From an uncultured Candidatus Saccharibacteria bacterium (GTDB lineage: Bacteria; Patescibacteriota; Minisyncoccia; Phycocordibacterales; UBA1006), in assembly GCA_964601935.1 (NCBI GenBank), contig CAZROP010000001.1:20127-84126 (forward strand): 64,000 bases of DNA. The letters are read 5' to 3'. Position 1 is the first letter of the stretch, and the number at the start of each line of letters is the position of its first letter. The notes beneath the pieces are model-generated. The model did no database searches and was not told the origin of the DNA. It worked only from the letters and a program-made list of their open reading frames with translations. Positions 1 to 9,100 of the stretch are shown here, in pieces. The translations under genes and the position numbers were made by a program.

Positions 1-46
1 CCTTTTATCGAATGTTTCTAGGGCTTTATTCATAATCCATCAGAGT

Positions 47-2041
47 TTACTGCAAACTTTCCATCAGAGCAACTGTCTTTGGACCTACAACACCGTCTAC
101 TCGCAGTTTGTGTACCTTTTGGAACATACGTACCACCTGATCTGTCTTGGGTCCGAATCCACCATCATCGAGCATTGGTTTTGGGGTAAGTTTTTGTGTA
201 TTCAAAAATTGCTGCAATGCCCGGACATGTTTTCCTTCCTGTCCTTTTCTCGTTACGCGATTGCGCAGGAGTGAAAAATCAATTGACTCTGACTTGGCAA
301 CTTCTTTTATCAGAGATAGTGCCTTGCTTTTGGTATCTAAAGGAGTAGTTTTCGCCGCAACAACAGAGGGATTGTACGCCCCTCCGCCTCCACCACCTGA
401 CCCTCCAGTATTTGCCTGTGCGCTGACAGTTGCAGTACGTACTACCTGAGCTGCATTATTCCCTGCCGCATCAGCAACATTATATGTTATGGTATATGCA
501 CCAGGTGCGGCAGTATTTATAGAATTCACCACAACAATATCACTCGTGATAGTACCGTCAATATTATCTACTGCTGTCGCACCCTCATTTGTATAGTTGT
601 CGCCAACATTCATTGTCAAATGTGGAGAGCCAAGCAAGGTAATCACAGGAACTGTACGATCGATAATAATACCGCTAGTCCCTGTACCCGCGAGTAAACT
701 GCCATAACTATCCTGATACTGCAACTCTACGGAATATGTTCCCTCTGCCAATGTTGATACACCTCCCACATAGCTGGTAACCGCGGGGCTGCTCGCTATC
801 AGACCGGCGCTATTAGTGGTAAGGGTAAACGTATGATTACCCGCTGCGACATCAGCCAACGTTGCCGTAACAGTAGAAGGTCCTGTAAAAACAAGCTTGA
901 TAGACCCTGCAAGAGGTGTCTCAGGAAGAGCGTAGTTAACGGCGATACTCGTACTGTAGTTGCCTGCAGCAGGGGTAGTTAATGTTGCAAACTCGGTGAT
1001 GTCAGCATACGCGAGCTCTGGATACGTCGAGGTCATATGCCAAACACCAGGGAAACTCCAGGCAGATAATGGCGCATTCCCCTGAACATAGAAGTGAGAA
1101 GTACTATTATTAATAACAGTACACCCTGTACTACCCGTCTGATAGCACTGCGCAGGGTTATCAGGCCTATTGTTCCAGTACACATTAGTAGGAGCAAACA
1201 CTGACCCGCTCCCCGTATTAATCTCTCCCGTCAAACCAAAGTTTGAAGCATTCGCATTAACACTCGTATCCGAAAAGGCATTGTTCACAATAACATCATG
1301 GTCACCTGTAATAATGCCGAACAAGCCACCACTATTACCTCCTCCGCTTATACTACCCGTACTGTATACATTGGTGTACGTACTCGTACCCGATGTCCAG
1401 AAATCTTCTCCTGCAATCCCTGCAACATTTCCTCCTGCACTAGATGAAGCATTAATATTACGCGCATAGCTATTTGTAATTAGACCACTCACGTTACTCA
1501 CAATACCAAACAAGCCTCCAACAACACCATTGGTTCCGCTGATTGTGAGATCATCTACAAATGATGCCGATACATTGGTGTTAGTAATATTACCAATCAG
1601 GCCTCCCACAAAACTATCACCGCTAATAGTACTGTTGCGGAGACCGACTCCCGAGATAGTGCTGTTGTCAGCTGTTCCTATGAGGCCCACATTCTGACTA
1701 CCCGTAATAGTAATATTATCGAATATCACATCCTGAATAGTTGCTCCATTGATATATCCGAATACACCCAGCCATGACGTTCCTGGCTGTGAAATAGTAA
1801 TATTATAAATCTTATGACCATTACCATCGAATGTTCCCGTGAATTTTGCACCAGGATTACCGATGCGTGTGAACGCGCCCGAACAGGTGATGTCGTTCGA
1901 TAATTCGTAACTGAGACCAAGCCCAGAATTTATATTTTGGAATCCTGCACAGTCAGTAATAGCTACTGCAAATGCACTGTGACTAACGCCAAAAAATGCT
2001 GTGATGAAAATAATGCCAAAAAGATAGTGTTTGATATTCAT
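47..2041 (-). CDS. Secreted right-handed beta-helix repeat protein with an Ig-like (HYR/DUF5011-like) module and a C-terminal PG_binding_1 domain
   Basis: N-terminal signal peptide (MNIKHYLFGIIFITAFFGVSHSAFA). Many GGLIG/GGLFG beta-helix-like repeats. A 'DNIDGTITSDIVVVNS...AAGN' Ig-like segment. The C-terminus 'LQQFLNTQ...DGGFGPKTDQVVRMFQ...VDGVVGPKTVALM' matches the PG_binding_1 consensus. Start placed at the third in-frame Met, just before the signal peptide. Confidence 0.6.
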   Translation of the reverse strand: MNIKHYLFGIIFITAFFGVSHSAFAVAITDCAGFQNINSGLGLSYELSNDITCSGAFTRIGNPGAKFTGTFDGNGHKIYNITISQPGTSWLGVFGYINGATIQDVIFDNITITGSQNVGLIGTADNSTISGVGLRNSTISGDSFVGGLIGNITNTNVSASFVDDLTISGTNGVVGGLFGIVSNVSGLITNSYARNINASSSAGGNVAGIAGEDFWTSGTSTYTNVYSTGSISGGGNSGGLFGIITGDHDVIVNNAFSDTSVNANASNFGLTGEINTGSGSVFAPTNVYWNNRPDNPAQCYQTGSTGCTVINNSTSHFYVQGNAPLSAWSFPGVWHMTSTYPELAYADITEFATLTTPAAGNYSTSIAVNYALPETPLAGSIKLVFTGPSTVTATLADVAAGNHTFTLTTNSAGLIASSPAVTSYVGGVSTLAEGTYSVELQYQDSYGSLLAGTGTSGIIIDRTVPVITLLGSPHLTMNVGDNYTNEGATAVDNIDGTITSDIVVVNSINTAAPGAYTITYNVADAAGNNAAQVVRTATVSAQANTGGSGGGGGGAYNPSVVAAKTTPLDTKSKALSLIKEVAKSESIDFSLLRNRVTRKGQEGKHVRALQQFLNTQKLTPKPMLDDGGFGPKTDQVVRMFQKVHKLRVDGVVGPKTVALMESLQ

Positions 2042-2391
2042 ATATTTAAAACGAGGAAGTAGATTCATATAGCTATATAGTACCAAACAAAATTAGGTAT
2101 GTATGCAGAGGAATCCACTTTTTAAAGAGACTGTCGCAGAACTGATAAACGATGTGTGCATTTCTATCAGAAAAGTTTGAGCCTCACTTTTCGAAGCCTA
2201 ACCGATTGGAGTCGCTTCATGGAAAAACATCTGCCAACCCCCACCAGTCTTTCTCCAATGAGAACTTCTCTGAGAAATAACCTTATCTTTGCCATCAGTA
2301 ATTCTTTCTGTCTTGAATGTCGCGATCGCAATATCATTAGATAGAATATTTACCGCAAAATCACTCATTTGCATTTTGTCGTTTACTTTTT

Positions 2392-2841
2392 TCATCGCGT
2401 TACGAGATAATAGACCGAAAGTGCCAATCCACCCCACCAGCCCAGATCAGAAAAAATAAGACTTACCATGATTTTATTCTGCCAAAATTGTGGTAGAAGC
2501 TCTCCGGCCTTGCCCTCCCTTTCTTTTTGCAAAAGATATGGACTTACACAAAAAGAAAGAAACAAACCATTTAAAATAAGTACACCTGCGATAATAGAAA
2601 GAAACAGAGGTATACCAATAAACGATTCATCCCTGAAAAATATAAATCCACCGAGTATCGCAAGAATGATACCAACCCAAATCAAAGGCTTGGTTACTTT
2701 ATGGGTGCGAGTGGTAGCTTCACTCCAATAATTTGATTTTCGTCCTAAAAACCCATGTATATCAATCACCGTCACAGCTCCGAGACCAATAATAAATCCG
2801 GTAATAAAAATAAATAATCCAATAAAGTCTAAATTAATCAT
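2392..2841 (-). CDS. Hypothetical polytopic membrane protein
   Basis: 149 aa with four hydrophobic helices; no recognisable motif. Confidence 0.4.
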   Translation of the reverse strand: MINLDFIGLFIFITGFIIGLGAVTVIDIHGFLGRKSNYWSEATTRTHKVTKPLIWVGIILAILGGFIFFRDESFIGIPLFLSIIAGVLILNGLFLSFCVSPYLLQKEREGKAGELLPQFWQNKIMVSLIFSDLGWWGGLALSVYYLVTR

Positions 2842-3608
2842 ACATTATTTCTGGGCAAAGGAATAAATACACTGGTTTTTTTCTTATATTCAGCAAATTC
2901 TGGGTTCTCTTCCATCTCTTTTTCAAGCATCGGGATGCCAGATACTTTCAAAATTAAGAAGGTTATAGTGATCGGTCCAATAATTCCGAGCCAACCGTTT
3001 GGCACTGACAAAGCGACGAGCCATAGACCCCACCACTGTGTGACCTCTCCAAAATAATTCGGGTGACGAGTATACGCCCAAAGCCCGCTTTGCATAACCT
3101 TGCCCTTGTTATACGGATTTCTAATAAATCGCGCGAGTTGTGCGTCGCCAACAGCTTCAAAATAAAAACCAACAAGCCAAACAGCTACACCGATAGCATC
3201 GAGTATGCCGAACTCAGCTCCTGCACTTTTATTAACAAGCAACACCGGCGTAACAATCAAAAATAAAAACAGACCTTGCAAAAGATATACTTGAAAATAA
3301 GAACGAATGTAAAACCACTTGCCCCATTCTTTGCGCCATGCGAGATAGCGATAATCTTCTGCCCTACCTTTATTCCGTCCATGAATATGCCATGCCAGAC
3401 GCAATCCCCAAATACTCACTAAAGTTCCAACCAACAACCCTCGCACCCCAGAATCATCGGAAATAAAATAAGATACCCAAGCCATAAGTACAAAGCCCAA
3501 TCCCCACGCCACATCGGCAACGTCGTTCCTTTTTTTAAGCAAAGAAACTACAAACCACAGACTCATGTATGCAAACAGTAGTAAAGTAAGAGTTAGATAA
3601 TAACTCAT
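2838..3608 (-). CDS. Membrane methyltransferase-like protein of the DUF1295 / ICMT / steroid-5-alpha-reductase superfamily
   Basis: Multi-TM protein with the C-terminal motif 'WAYTRHPNYFGEVTQWWGLWL' characteristic of the DUF1295/ICMT-like family. Overlaps neighbouring genes by 4 bp, which suggests an operon. Confidence 0.55.
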   Translation of the reverse strand: MSYYLTLTLLLFAYMSLWFVVSLLKKRNDVADVAWGLGFVLMAWVSYFISDDSGVRGLLVGTLVSIWGLRLAWHIHGRNKGRAEDYRYLAWRKEWGKWFYIRSYFQVYLLQGLFLFLIVTPVLLVNKSAGAEFGILDAIGVAVWLVGFYFEAVGDAQLARFIRNPYNKGKVMQSGLWAYTRHPNYFGEVTQWWGLWLVALSVPNGWLGIIGPITITFLILKVSGIPMLEKEMEENPEFAEYKKKTSVFIPLPRNNV

Positions 3609-4003
3609 AAACCGATTTTAGTTGCGATGAAATAAGCAATAATTGATACAGAACCCGCAATTACTGCGCCCCAAGCCAGGTCAACAATAGTTACCAAAAG
3701 CGGCCAATCCTTTGCAACAGCCAGATTGGTCAGGTCATAGGTCGCATAGCAAACAAAGCCAAACAGCGCCCCAAAAAGAAGGGCATGTGTCCACGATCCT
3801 TTTTCCATAGCCGGCGAGATCACAAATACCACAAGACCTGCAATAAATATCAAATAGAAAATAATAGCTGCGGTCCAGTTCACATCACTCTTCATAAGTG
3901 TGCCAATCTGCCCACGGTAAAAATCATTGGCTACAAGCCCGAGCCATACCATGTCTATGGCAAAGAAAACTGGAAGTGCGATTGCATAAAGTTTTATAAA
4001 CAT
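3605..4003 (-). CDS. DUF2177-like small membrane protein
   Basis: 132 aa, 4 TM. The N-terminal 'PVFFAIDMVWLGLVANDFY' resembles DUF2177. Confidence 0.4.
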   Translation of the reverse strand: MFIKLYAIALPVFFAIDMVWLGLVANDFYRGQIGTLMKSDVNWTAAIIFYLIFIAGLVVFVISPAMEKGSWTHALLFGALFGFVCYATYDLTNLAVAKDWPLLVTIVDLAWGAVIAGSVSIIAYFIATKIGL

Positions 4004-4004
4004 A

Positions 4005-4337
4005 TTATTTATTGAGATACGTAATTGTTAATTGAAGACACATCGCAAATGTTCCCCAGAGAAGATATGGAATGTTGGCGTAAACGACCCAACGGAGTTC
4101 GGGCACACTGTTCCACACTGCAGAGAGTGCCCAGATGAGTGTTCCGACGACGAGCACGATGTCTACTGCAGCGAGAAGATTATTTTTCAAACCAAATTGA
4201 ATTGGAGTGAAAGCGAAGTTGAAAATTAGGTTGAGAATAAAAGGCAAAGCCACCACCCACGAAATCTCTTTGGTGAAAACCTTGTAAAAAACAGTGCCGA
4301 AAGACACGGCAATAATCGCATACAACACCGTCCACAC
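4005..4337 (-). CDS. TspO/MBR-like tryptophan-rich membrane protein, possibly N-terminally truncated
   Basis: Trp-rich TM helices ('WALSAVWNSVPELRWVVYANIPYLLWGTFA') resemble the C-terminal three helices of TspO. Only 110 aa against about 150-160 aa for typical TspO. Confidence 0.35.
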   Translation of the reverse strand: MWTVLYAIIAVSFGTVFYKVFTKEISWVVALPFILNLIFNFAFTPIQFGLKNNLLAAVDIVLVVGTLIWALSAVWNSVPELRWVVYANIPYLLWGTFAMCLQLTITYLNK

Positions 4338-4661
4338 CGGCCCAAAAAGCCAGCTCGGTGGCGCTCATGTTGGTTTAATTAATTGTGAATACCAGTTGTA
4401 TGTATTCATATATTTATCTTAACACTTTTCTAACAAAAATATTCCTACCCCTTATTCCCTTAAGGGGAAACGCAGGTAAAGTACTGCCCTTGTTAGGCAG
4501 GTGAATTGATTCCGATACTAAATTGTCTCTGCGGAGGATCTGGGTTAAGTGCCCACAGGTAAATCCTTGTAAGGGTATTCTAGCACCTTTTGGTTGGATC
4601 AATTTAGGTAAGTGGGTCAGGGGTAGTAAATCCAGCTATTTTCATTATTATAGATAATATT

Positions 4662-5873
4662 ATGGATACTCAACAGCTAGAAAGCAATAATTACTCAAAG
4701 AATAAATCAACAGAAAAGACATACGTTGGTAAGGAGCTCAGAGTAAAAAATGCAGATGGCTCTACTTCAGAAAAGAGATATGTGACAAAAGTATTTGATA
4801 TCGAGGATTTTCAAGAATACTATAAAGATTTAAAAAACAAAGGAATCTTAAAAGTTTTGAGAGAGGGAGAAAGACAAGAAGTTGTAGCAATTGTAGATAA
4901 AGAAGAGAGAAGTTTTTCTTTACGAATTCAGAGGTTTACAAAGGAAACTGGTATGCCTCACTCCCAATCATTTAGTTTCCATAGCGGAGCACTTATAAAA
5001 CTTATTGAGTTTATTGATTCACTTGGCTTTATTGATTTCAGCAACAAAAGCTATTTCAGTTTACATGACACAGAGATTAAGAAACAAAAACAATTCTGGC
5101 TAAATAATACAGAGGTGCTCCAATACATTGAAAGATTCGATTCAAGTTTGTTGAAAAAGATCTTTGAAAAGATTCAAGATGAAAAAAAGCTGAAAATAAT
5201 CCTTGATTCTCTTTCTAGTGTTGAAATTGAACATCTTGAAGCATCAATAAAGCAAGCAGCGTATAAAACAGCCCTTGAAGATCTAAAGAGCATGATTAGT
5301 TTTGAGCAGGATAAAACAAAGAGTATTGTTGAAGAAGTAAAAAAAGATGAACGACTTAATAAATATTCTGCAGGTCAACCAGAAAAAATTTTTCAGAATT
5401 GGATTGAAGCCAATTTATGGATATTTGGGATTGAATACTATAAAAAGCACAATTGGAGAATTATTGATTCAACTCCTAATGAAAATTCTGAGGCTGACTT
5501 AGTAATGGAGACAATGGATGGATACGTTGACCTAATAGAACTAAAACGGCCAAGGACAAAATCAGACAAAATATTATCTTATGACATTGATCATAAAAGT
5601 TTTTTCCCAGCCAGAGATCTTTCTTTAGCATTAGGTCAGTGTTTACATTATTTAAAAAAACTAGATGAGCAAAAAGTCACAATCGAAAAGAAAAATAGTA
5701 CGAAAGTGCTACGACCACGAGTAAAGTTAATAATTGGAAGAAGTGCTGATTTTGACTCAGATGAATATGATGCTTTGAGAATGATTAATTCAAATTTGAG
5801 TCATGTCCAAATTATTACTTACGATGACTTGGTAAAGAACGGGGAATTGATTCTTTCTTATTATAGAAAATAA
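4662..5873 (+). CDS. Shedu-like (DUF4263 / SduA family) candidate anti-phage nuclease: Lys/Glu-rich N-terminal region plus C-terminal RecB-like PD-(D/E)xK nuclease domain
   Basis: The C-terminal ~170 aa contain 'EADLVMETMDGYVDLIELKRP' (the D...ExK of PD-(D/E)xK). Downstream 'LALGQCLHY' gives the RecB-family QxxxY motif. The tail 'VQIITYDDLV' is typical of DUF4263. Protein is ~400 aa, Shedu-sized. An AT-rich -10-like element (tagataatat) lies just upstream. A tRNA-Ser gene is adjacent. Confidence 0.5.
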   Translation: MDTQQLESNNYSKNKSTEKTYVGKELRVKNADGSTSEKRYVTKVFDIEDFQEYYKDLKNKGILKVLREGERQEVVAIVDKEERSFSLRIQRFTKETGMPHSQSFSFHSGALIKLIEFIDSLGFIDFSNKSYFSLHDTEIKKQKQFWLNNTEVLQYIERFDSSLLKKIFEKIQDEKKLKIILDSLSSVEIEHLEASIKQAAYKTALEDLKSMISFEQDKTKSIVEEVKKDERLNKYSAGQPEKIFQNWIEANLWIFGIEYYKKHNWRIIDSTPNENSEADLVMETMDGYVDLIELKRPRTKSDKILSYDIDHKSFFPARDLSLALGQCLHYLKKLDEQKVTIEKKNSTKVLRPRVKLIIGRSADFDSDEYDALRMINSNLSHVQIITYDDLVKNGELILSYYRK

Positions 5874-5969
5874 GTCACGTCTTCAATCGCTGTTTTAAAA
5901 TTACAAAAACACGCAGAATGGAGCCGCGTGTTTTTGTAGTATTCGGGTCACTCCGATACTTAGCTCTAT

Positions 5970-6057
5970 TGGCGGAGACGATGGGATTCGAACCCATGGG
6001 GCTGTTACGCCCACCTCCTTAGCAAGGAGGCACAATCGGCCACTCTGACACGTCTCC
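5970..6057 (-). tRNA. tRNA-Ser (anticodon GCT)
   Basis: Reverse complement folds as a cloverleaf: GGAGACG acceptor, long variable arm, anticodon loop TTGCTAA, T-loop GGTTCGAATCC, 3' GCCA. Confidence 0.85.
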
Positions 6058-6145
6058 GTATACCCATCAGTATACATAATTTTGCCCAACCTGCACGCAG
6101 CCAGGCGCTACTAAAAATACTTACGAGGGGTATCTGGATGTAGGA

Positions 6146-6604
6146 TTATACTGCTGATTCTGCGAGGTCCTTTAGCTTCTGCAGAGCACGTGGCCACATT
6201 TCGCTGAACATAACGGAGTATTCTTCGTTGGAATCCATGTCTATGCGCACCTCTGTTGTGTCACCGTTATTGACGAAGGTATAATTCTCGAAAGCTGGTG
6301 TCCACTTTTTGACTTCATCACTGGTGGTGTCTTCGACCCCGTTTGCTATCATACCTAGATGTTCGATAGAGATAAATTCATACTGTCGGTTATCAGCGAT
6401 CCTGGCCACCATGCCACCTTCACCACTACCATCAGGATTAGGTCCGAGAAACAAAATCTTTGATCCCGGGCTCCAATCACCCTGATAATATGATCCTTCG
6501 TTAAAGGGTACAGTCCATTGTCGATACGTCTCGTCACCCAACATAGTGTTCCATACTGTCTCGACAGGCGCATCTATAGTAATTGTAAAATGTAGTTTTT
6601 CCAT
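6146..6604 (-). CDS. SRPBCC / AHSA1-like (Activator of Hsp90 ATPase homolog, START-like) domain protein
   Basis: 152 aa. The N-terminal 'HFTITIDAPVETVWNTM' pattern is typical of AHSA1/polyketide-cyclase-like SRPBCC proteins. Confidence 0.5.
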   Translation of the reverse strand: MEKLHFTITIDAPVETVWNTMLGDETYRQWTVPFNEGSYYQGDWSPGSKILFLGPNPDGSGEGGMVARIADNRQYEFISIEHLGMIANGVEDTTSDEVKKWTPAFENYTFVNNGDTTEVRIDMDSNEEYSVMFSEMWPRALQKLKDLAESAV

Positions 6605-6672
6605 ATAAATTTAGCGTTACAAGTAATATAGATCTAGTATATCATTACTCATCTCAAATTACCCGATTACCT

Positions 6673-7137
6673 CTAGAGAATCTCAGACCTTATGTGCTTC
6701 ATCTTTTTCCAATCAATCTCCTCTGTATTTCCTTGTGCATCAACGAAGAATAGATAAAGGTTTAGTTTATCCATTACATCAAAAGGTAACTTCTTAATAA
6801 TCATTTTTCTAAAAGACACCGGAAAGGCAATTCCATATTTGTAACCATACTTGTACGCTCGCTTGCCTTTGCGATGCATTCTGGTAATTATTTGACCAAG
6901 TGCAGAATTAAAACTACTACTTCTGCTACCCCCAGGACTTTTCACAATAGCAGAAGGATCTCCTTTTGCTTCTATTAACCAGTAACGAGAAAACTTATTA
7001 TTCCTTACTTTAATGTCAACGCCATGCTCCCACAATTCGGCACTCTGCAAAGATTTACTCCAGCCTTGTGCTTCGAGATACTGCACTACACACCTTTGCA
7101 CGAAGTCCTCTTTGATAATTTTAGCGGATTCTGACAT
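6673..7137 (-). CDS. Small PD-(D/E)xK nuclease-like hypothetical protein
   Basis: 154 aa. 'HGVDIKVRNNKFSRYWLIEAKGD' gives a D-x17-E-A-K restriction-endonuclease-like motif. No further family recognised. Confidence 0.35.
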   Translation of the reverse strand: MSESAKIIKEDFVQRCVVQYLEAQGWSKSLQSAELWEHGVDIKVRNNKFSRYWLIEAKGDPSAIVKSPGGSRSSSFNSALGQIITRMHRKGKRAYKYGYKYGIAFPVSFRKMIIKKLPFDVMDKLNLYLFFVDAQGNTEEIDWKKMKHIRSEIL

Positions 7138-7175
7138 GTGTTATCGAGTGATATATCTAAAACACTAAATCATGT

Positions 7176-7263
7176 TGGCGGAGGGAGCGAGATTCGAACT
7201 CGCGAAGAGTTTCCCCTTGCCGGTTTTCAAGACCGGTGCCTTCAACCACTCGGCCATCCCTCC
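7176..7263 (-). tRNA. tRNA-Ser (anticodon TGA)
   Basis: Reverse complement: GGAGGGA acceptor, D-loop AGTGGTTGA, anticodon loop CTTGAAA, long variable arm, T-loop GTTCGAATC, 3' GCCA. Confidence 0.85.
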
Positions 7264-7328
7264 ATCTGTGCCGTATTCGACAACGCAAAAAGTATACCAG
7301 ATTTTCCGAAATACGCTATACTAAAAAT

Positions 7329-8459
7329 ATGCGTATTATTGCTATTATATTTGCCCTGGCCCTCATAACTACGCCCTGCCTGACCTCTGCATCAGCTAAT
7401 ATAGAATATTTACGGGGTGTTATTATTTCAACTCAAGAAGACGTCAACGAACAGTCTATTAATGGAGATACTATATATCGTGCGCAGATCCAAACGCAAT
7501 CAGGAGTCATCGAGGCAGAAAACGAGCTCGGGATTCTGGAACCTGGAGACAGGGTCATCGTTAGAACAGAACAAGTCCCTAATTATGATGACGAGACTGC
7601 CGGAAGCTCGGAAACTGTTTACAGCATTTACGAACGTGACCGAATAATTCCGCTCATCGCGCTCGCTCTCGTGTTTGCAGGTGCGGTTATCAGCCTGGGC
7701 GTACGTCAGGGTCTGCGCGCACTATCTGCGCTGGCTGGTACATTATTCGTAATATTTGGTATATATATCCCCTCACTATTAGCTGGCTTCTCGCCTCTGA
7801 CCACCAGTATTATCATGGGGCTTCTGATTGCAGGGTGTGCTGTATTTATCACCCATGGATTCAAACGATCTTCTGCTGTTGCCTATGGTAGTACGGTACT
7901 GTCTGTTATCGTTGCTGTTATTATTGCAATGATTGCTATTCACGCATCAGGACTGACAGGTGCTACCAGTGACGAGGTTACATTTTTGGCTGCGACGAGC
8001 GTGCGCGCATTTGATTTTATCGGCATTATGATTGGTGGCGTTATCATTGCGATGCTCGGCGTACTAGATGATATCGCAATTACGCAGGTTGCGGTAGTGG
8101 AAGAATTAAAGCGATCAAAGCCTAACTCAACATTCACGGAATTGTATCGTGCTGCGCTACGGGTAGGGCGTGATCATGCAGGCGCGTTGGTGAATACATT
8201 AGTGCTGGCATATGCAGGAACATCTCTACCGCTGCTGTTATTGTTACAGTCTCAGAACCTGGATACATTCGTTGTGATTAACCAAGAACAATTTGCATTC
8301 GAGATCATCAGATCGCTATCGGGCAGTATCGGGCTCGTTGCATGTGTGCCTATCGCTACCCTACTGGCAATATACCTTACCAGACCCTGTGACCATAACC
8401 ACACGACTGATGGATGTCCACACTGTATGACAAAACTATCTAGCACAAACCAGAGTTAA
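7329..8459 (+). CDS. YibE/F-family membrane protein
   Basis: Signal/TM N-terminus, soluble N-terminal domain, then ~8 TM helices with Gly/Ala-rich helices (YibE/F-like). Start moved to the ATG at 7329 because the longer ORF runs into the tRNA. Confidence 0.5.
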   Translation: MRIIAIIFALALITTPCLTSASANIEYLRGVIISTQEDVNEQSINGDTIYRAQIQTQSGVIEAENELGILEPGDRVIVRTEQVPNYDDETAGSSETVYSIYERDRIIPLIALALVFAGAVISLGVRQGLRALSALAGTLFVIFGIYIPSLLAGFSPLTTSIIMGLLIAGCAVFITHGFKRSSAVAYGSTVLSVIVAVIIAMIAIHASGLTGATSDEVTFLAATSVRAFDFIGIMIGGVIIAMLGVLDDIAITQVAVVEELKRSKPNSTFTELYRAALRVGRDHAGALVNTLVLAYAGTSLPLLLLLQSQNLDTFVVINQEQFAFEIIRSLSGSIGLVACVPIATLLAIYLTRPCDHNHTTDGCPHCMTKLSSTNQS

Positions 8460-8501
8460 CACATATCCTCCGTAAATATAAAAATGAAAAACACAAATAG
8501 A

Positions 8502-9014
8502 TTATGGCGAGACTCCGAACAACTGAAGCAGTGGGATAGCTATTGGGTCAGCTGCTGCTCCATAAACCATCACGCCCCCGAATACACCTGTAACAACAAG
8601 AGCCACTAGACCTAGTACCGACAGTAGAACAGTAATAATTCTAGTGTCGACAAATGCTGCAATCATATACAATAATCGAATCACCGTATAGCGGTTCAAA
8701 TTAGAGTATCTCCTGTGTATATACTCAACAATTACAGAACCTAGTAGTATTCCATAAAATAACTGAACGAGGGAGGCGAACGTTTCGTGGAGCTCCAGCA
8801 GATCGTGCTGAGGATTATTTAAACCAGCAGCAACCTCGCCAGTAACCGCGCCGGCTAAAGAACCTAGAAAACCTATACATAATAGTAATGTTTTTATTTG
8901 TGTCCATGCAATCTTTGGAAACCACCTGTGTAGCGGAAGTATTTGCAGCAAAGAGTAAATACACAATAGAGCAACTGGAAAATGGACCACTAGAGGGTGA
9001 AAGTCATATGTCAT
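8502..9014 (-). CDS. DUF2231-like membrane protein
   Basis: The N-terminal 'HPLVVHFPVALL' motif is typical of DUF2231. 4-5 TM helices. Confidence 0.45.
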   Translation of the reverse strand: MTYDFHPLVVHFPVALLCIYSLLQILPLHRWFPKIAWTQIKTLLLCIGFLGSLAGAVTGEVAAGLNNPQHDLLELHETFASLVQLFYGILLGSVIVEYIHRRYSNLNRYTVIRLLYMIAAFVDTRIITVLLSVLGLVALVVTGVFGGVMVYGAAADPIAIPLLQLFGVSP

Positions 9015-9048
9015 ATACTCCTTAGTGTACTCCTATTCCCCTATATAG

Positions 9049-9082
9049 CAAAACCGCCTCTGGCATAGAGACGGTTTTGCTA
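9049..9082. terminator. Intrinsic-terminator-like hairpin after rplE
   Basis: GCAAAACCGCCTCTGGCATAGAGACGGTTTTGC is a perfect 12-bp stem. It lies between the convergent end of rplE and the upstream side of the DUF2231 gene. Confidence 0.55.
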
Positions 9083-9100
9083 TAACCAAACAAATACTTG

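Noticed and set aside
147-1469. 100-aa and 99-aa plus-strand ORFs (147-449, 1170-1469)
   Set aside because: Antisense to the beta-helix protein gene; Pro-rich or low-complexity; frame artefacts.
4414-4602. 62-aa minus-strand ORF in the leader upstream of the Shedu-like gene
   Set aside because: No start context, arginine-rich odd composition, and it lies in a region better explained as regulatory or structured non-coding sequence.
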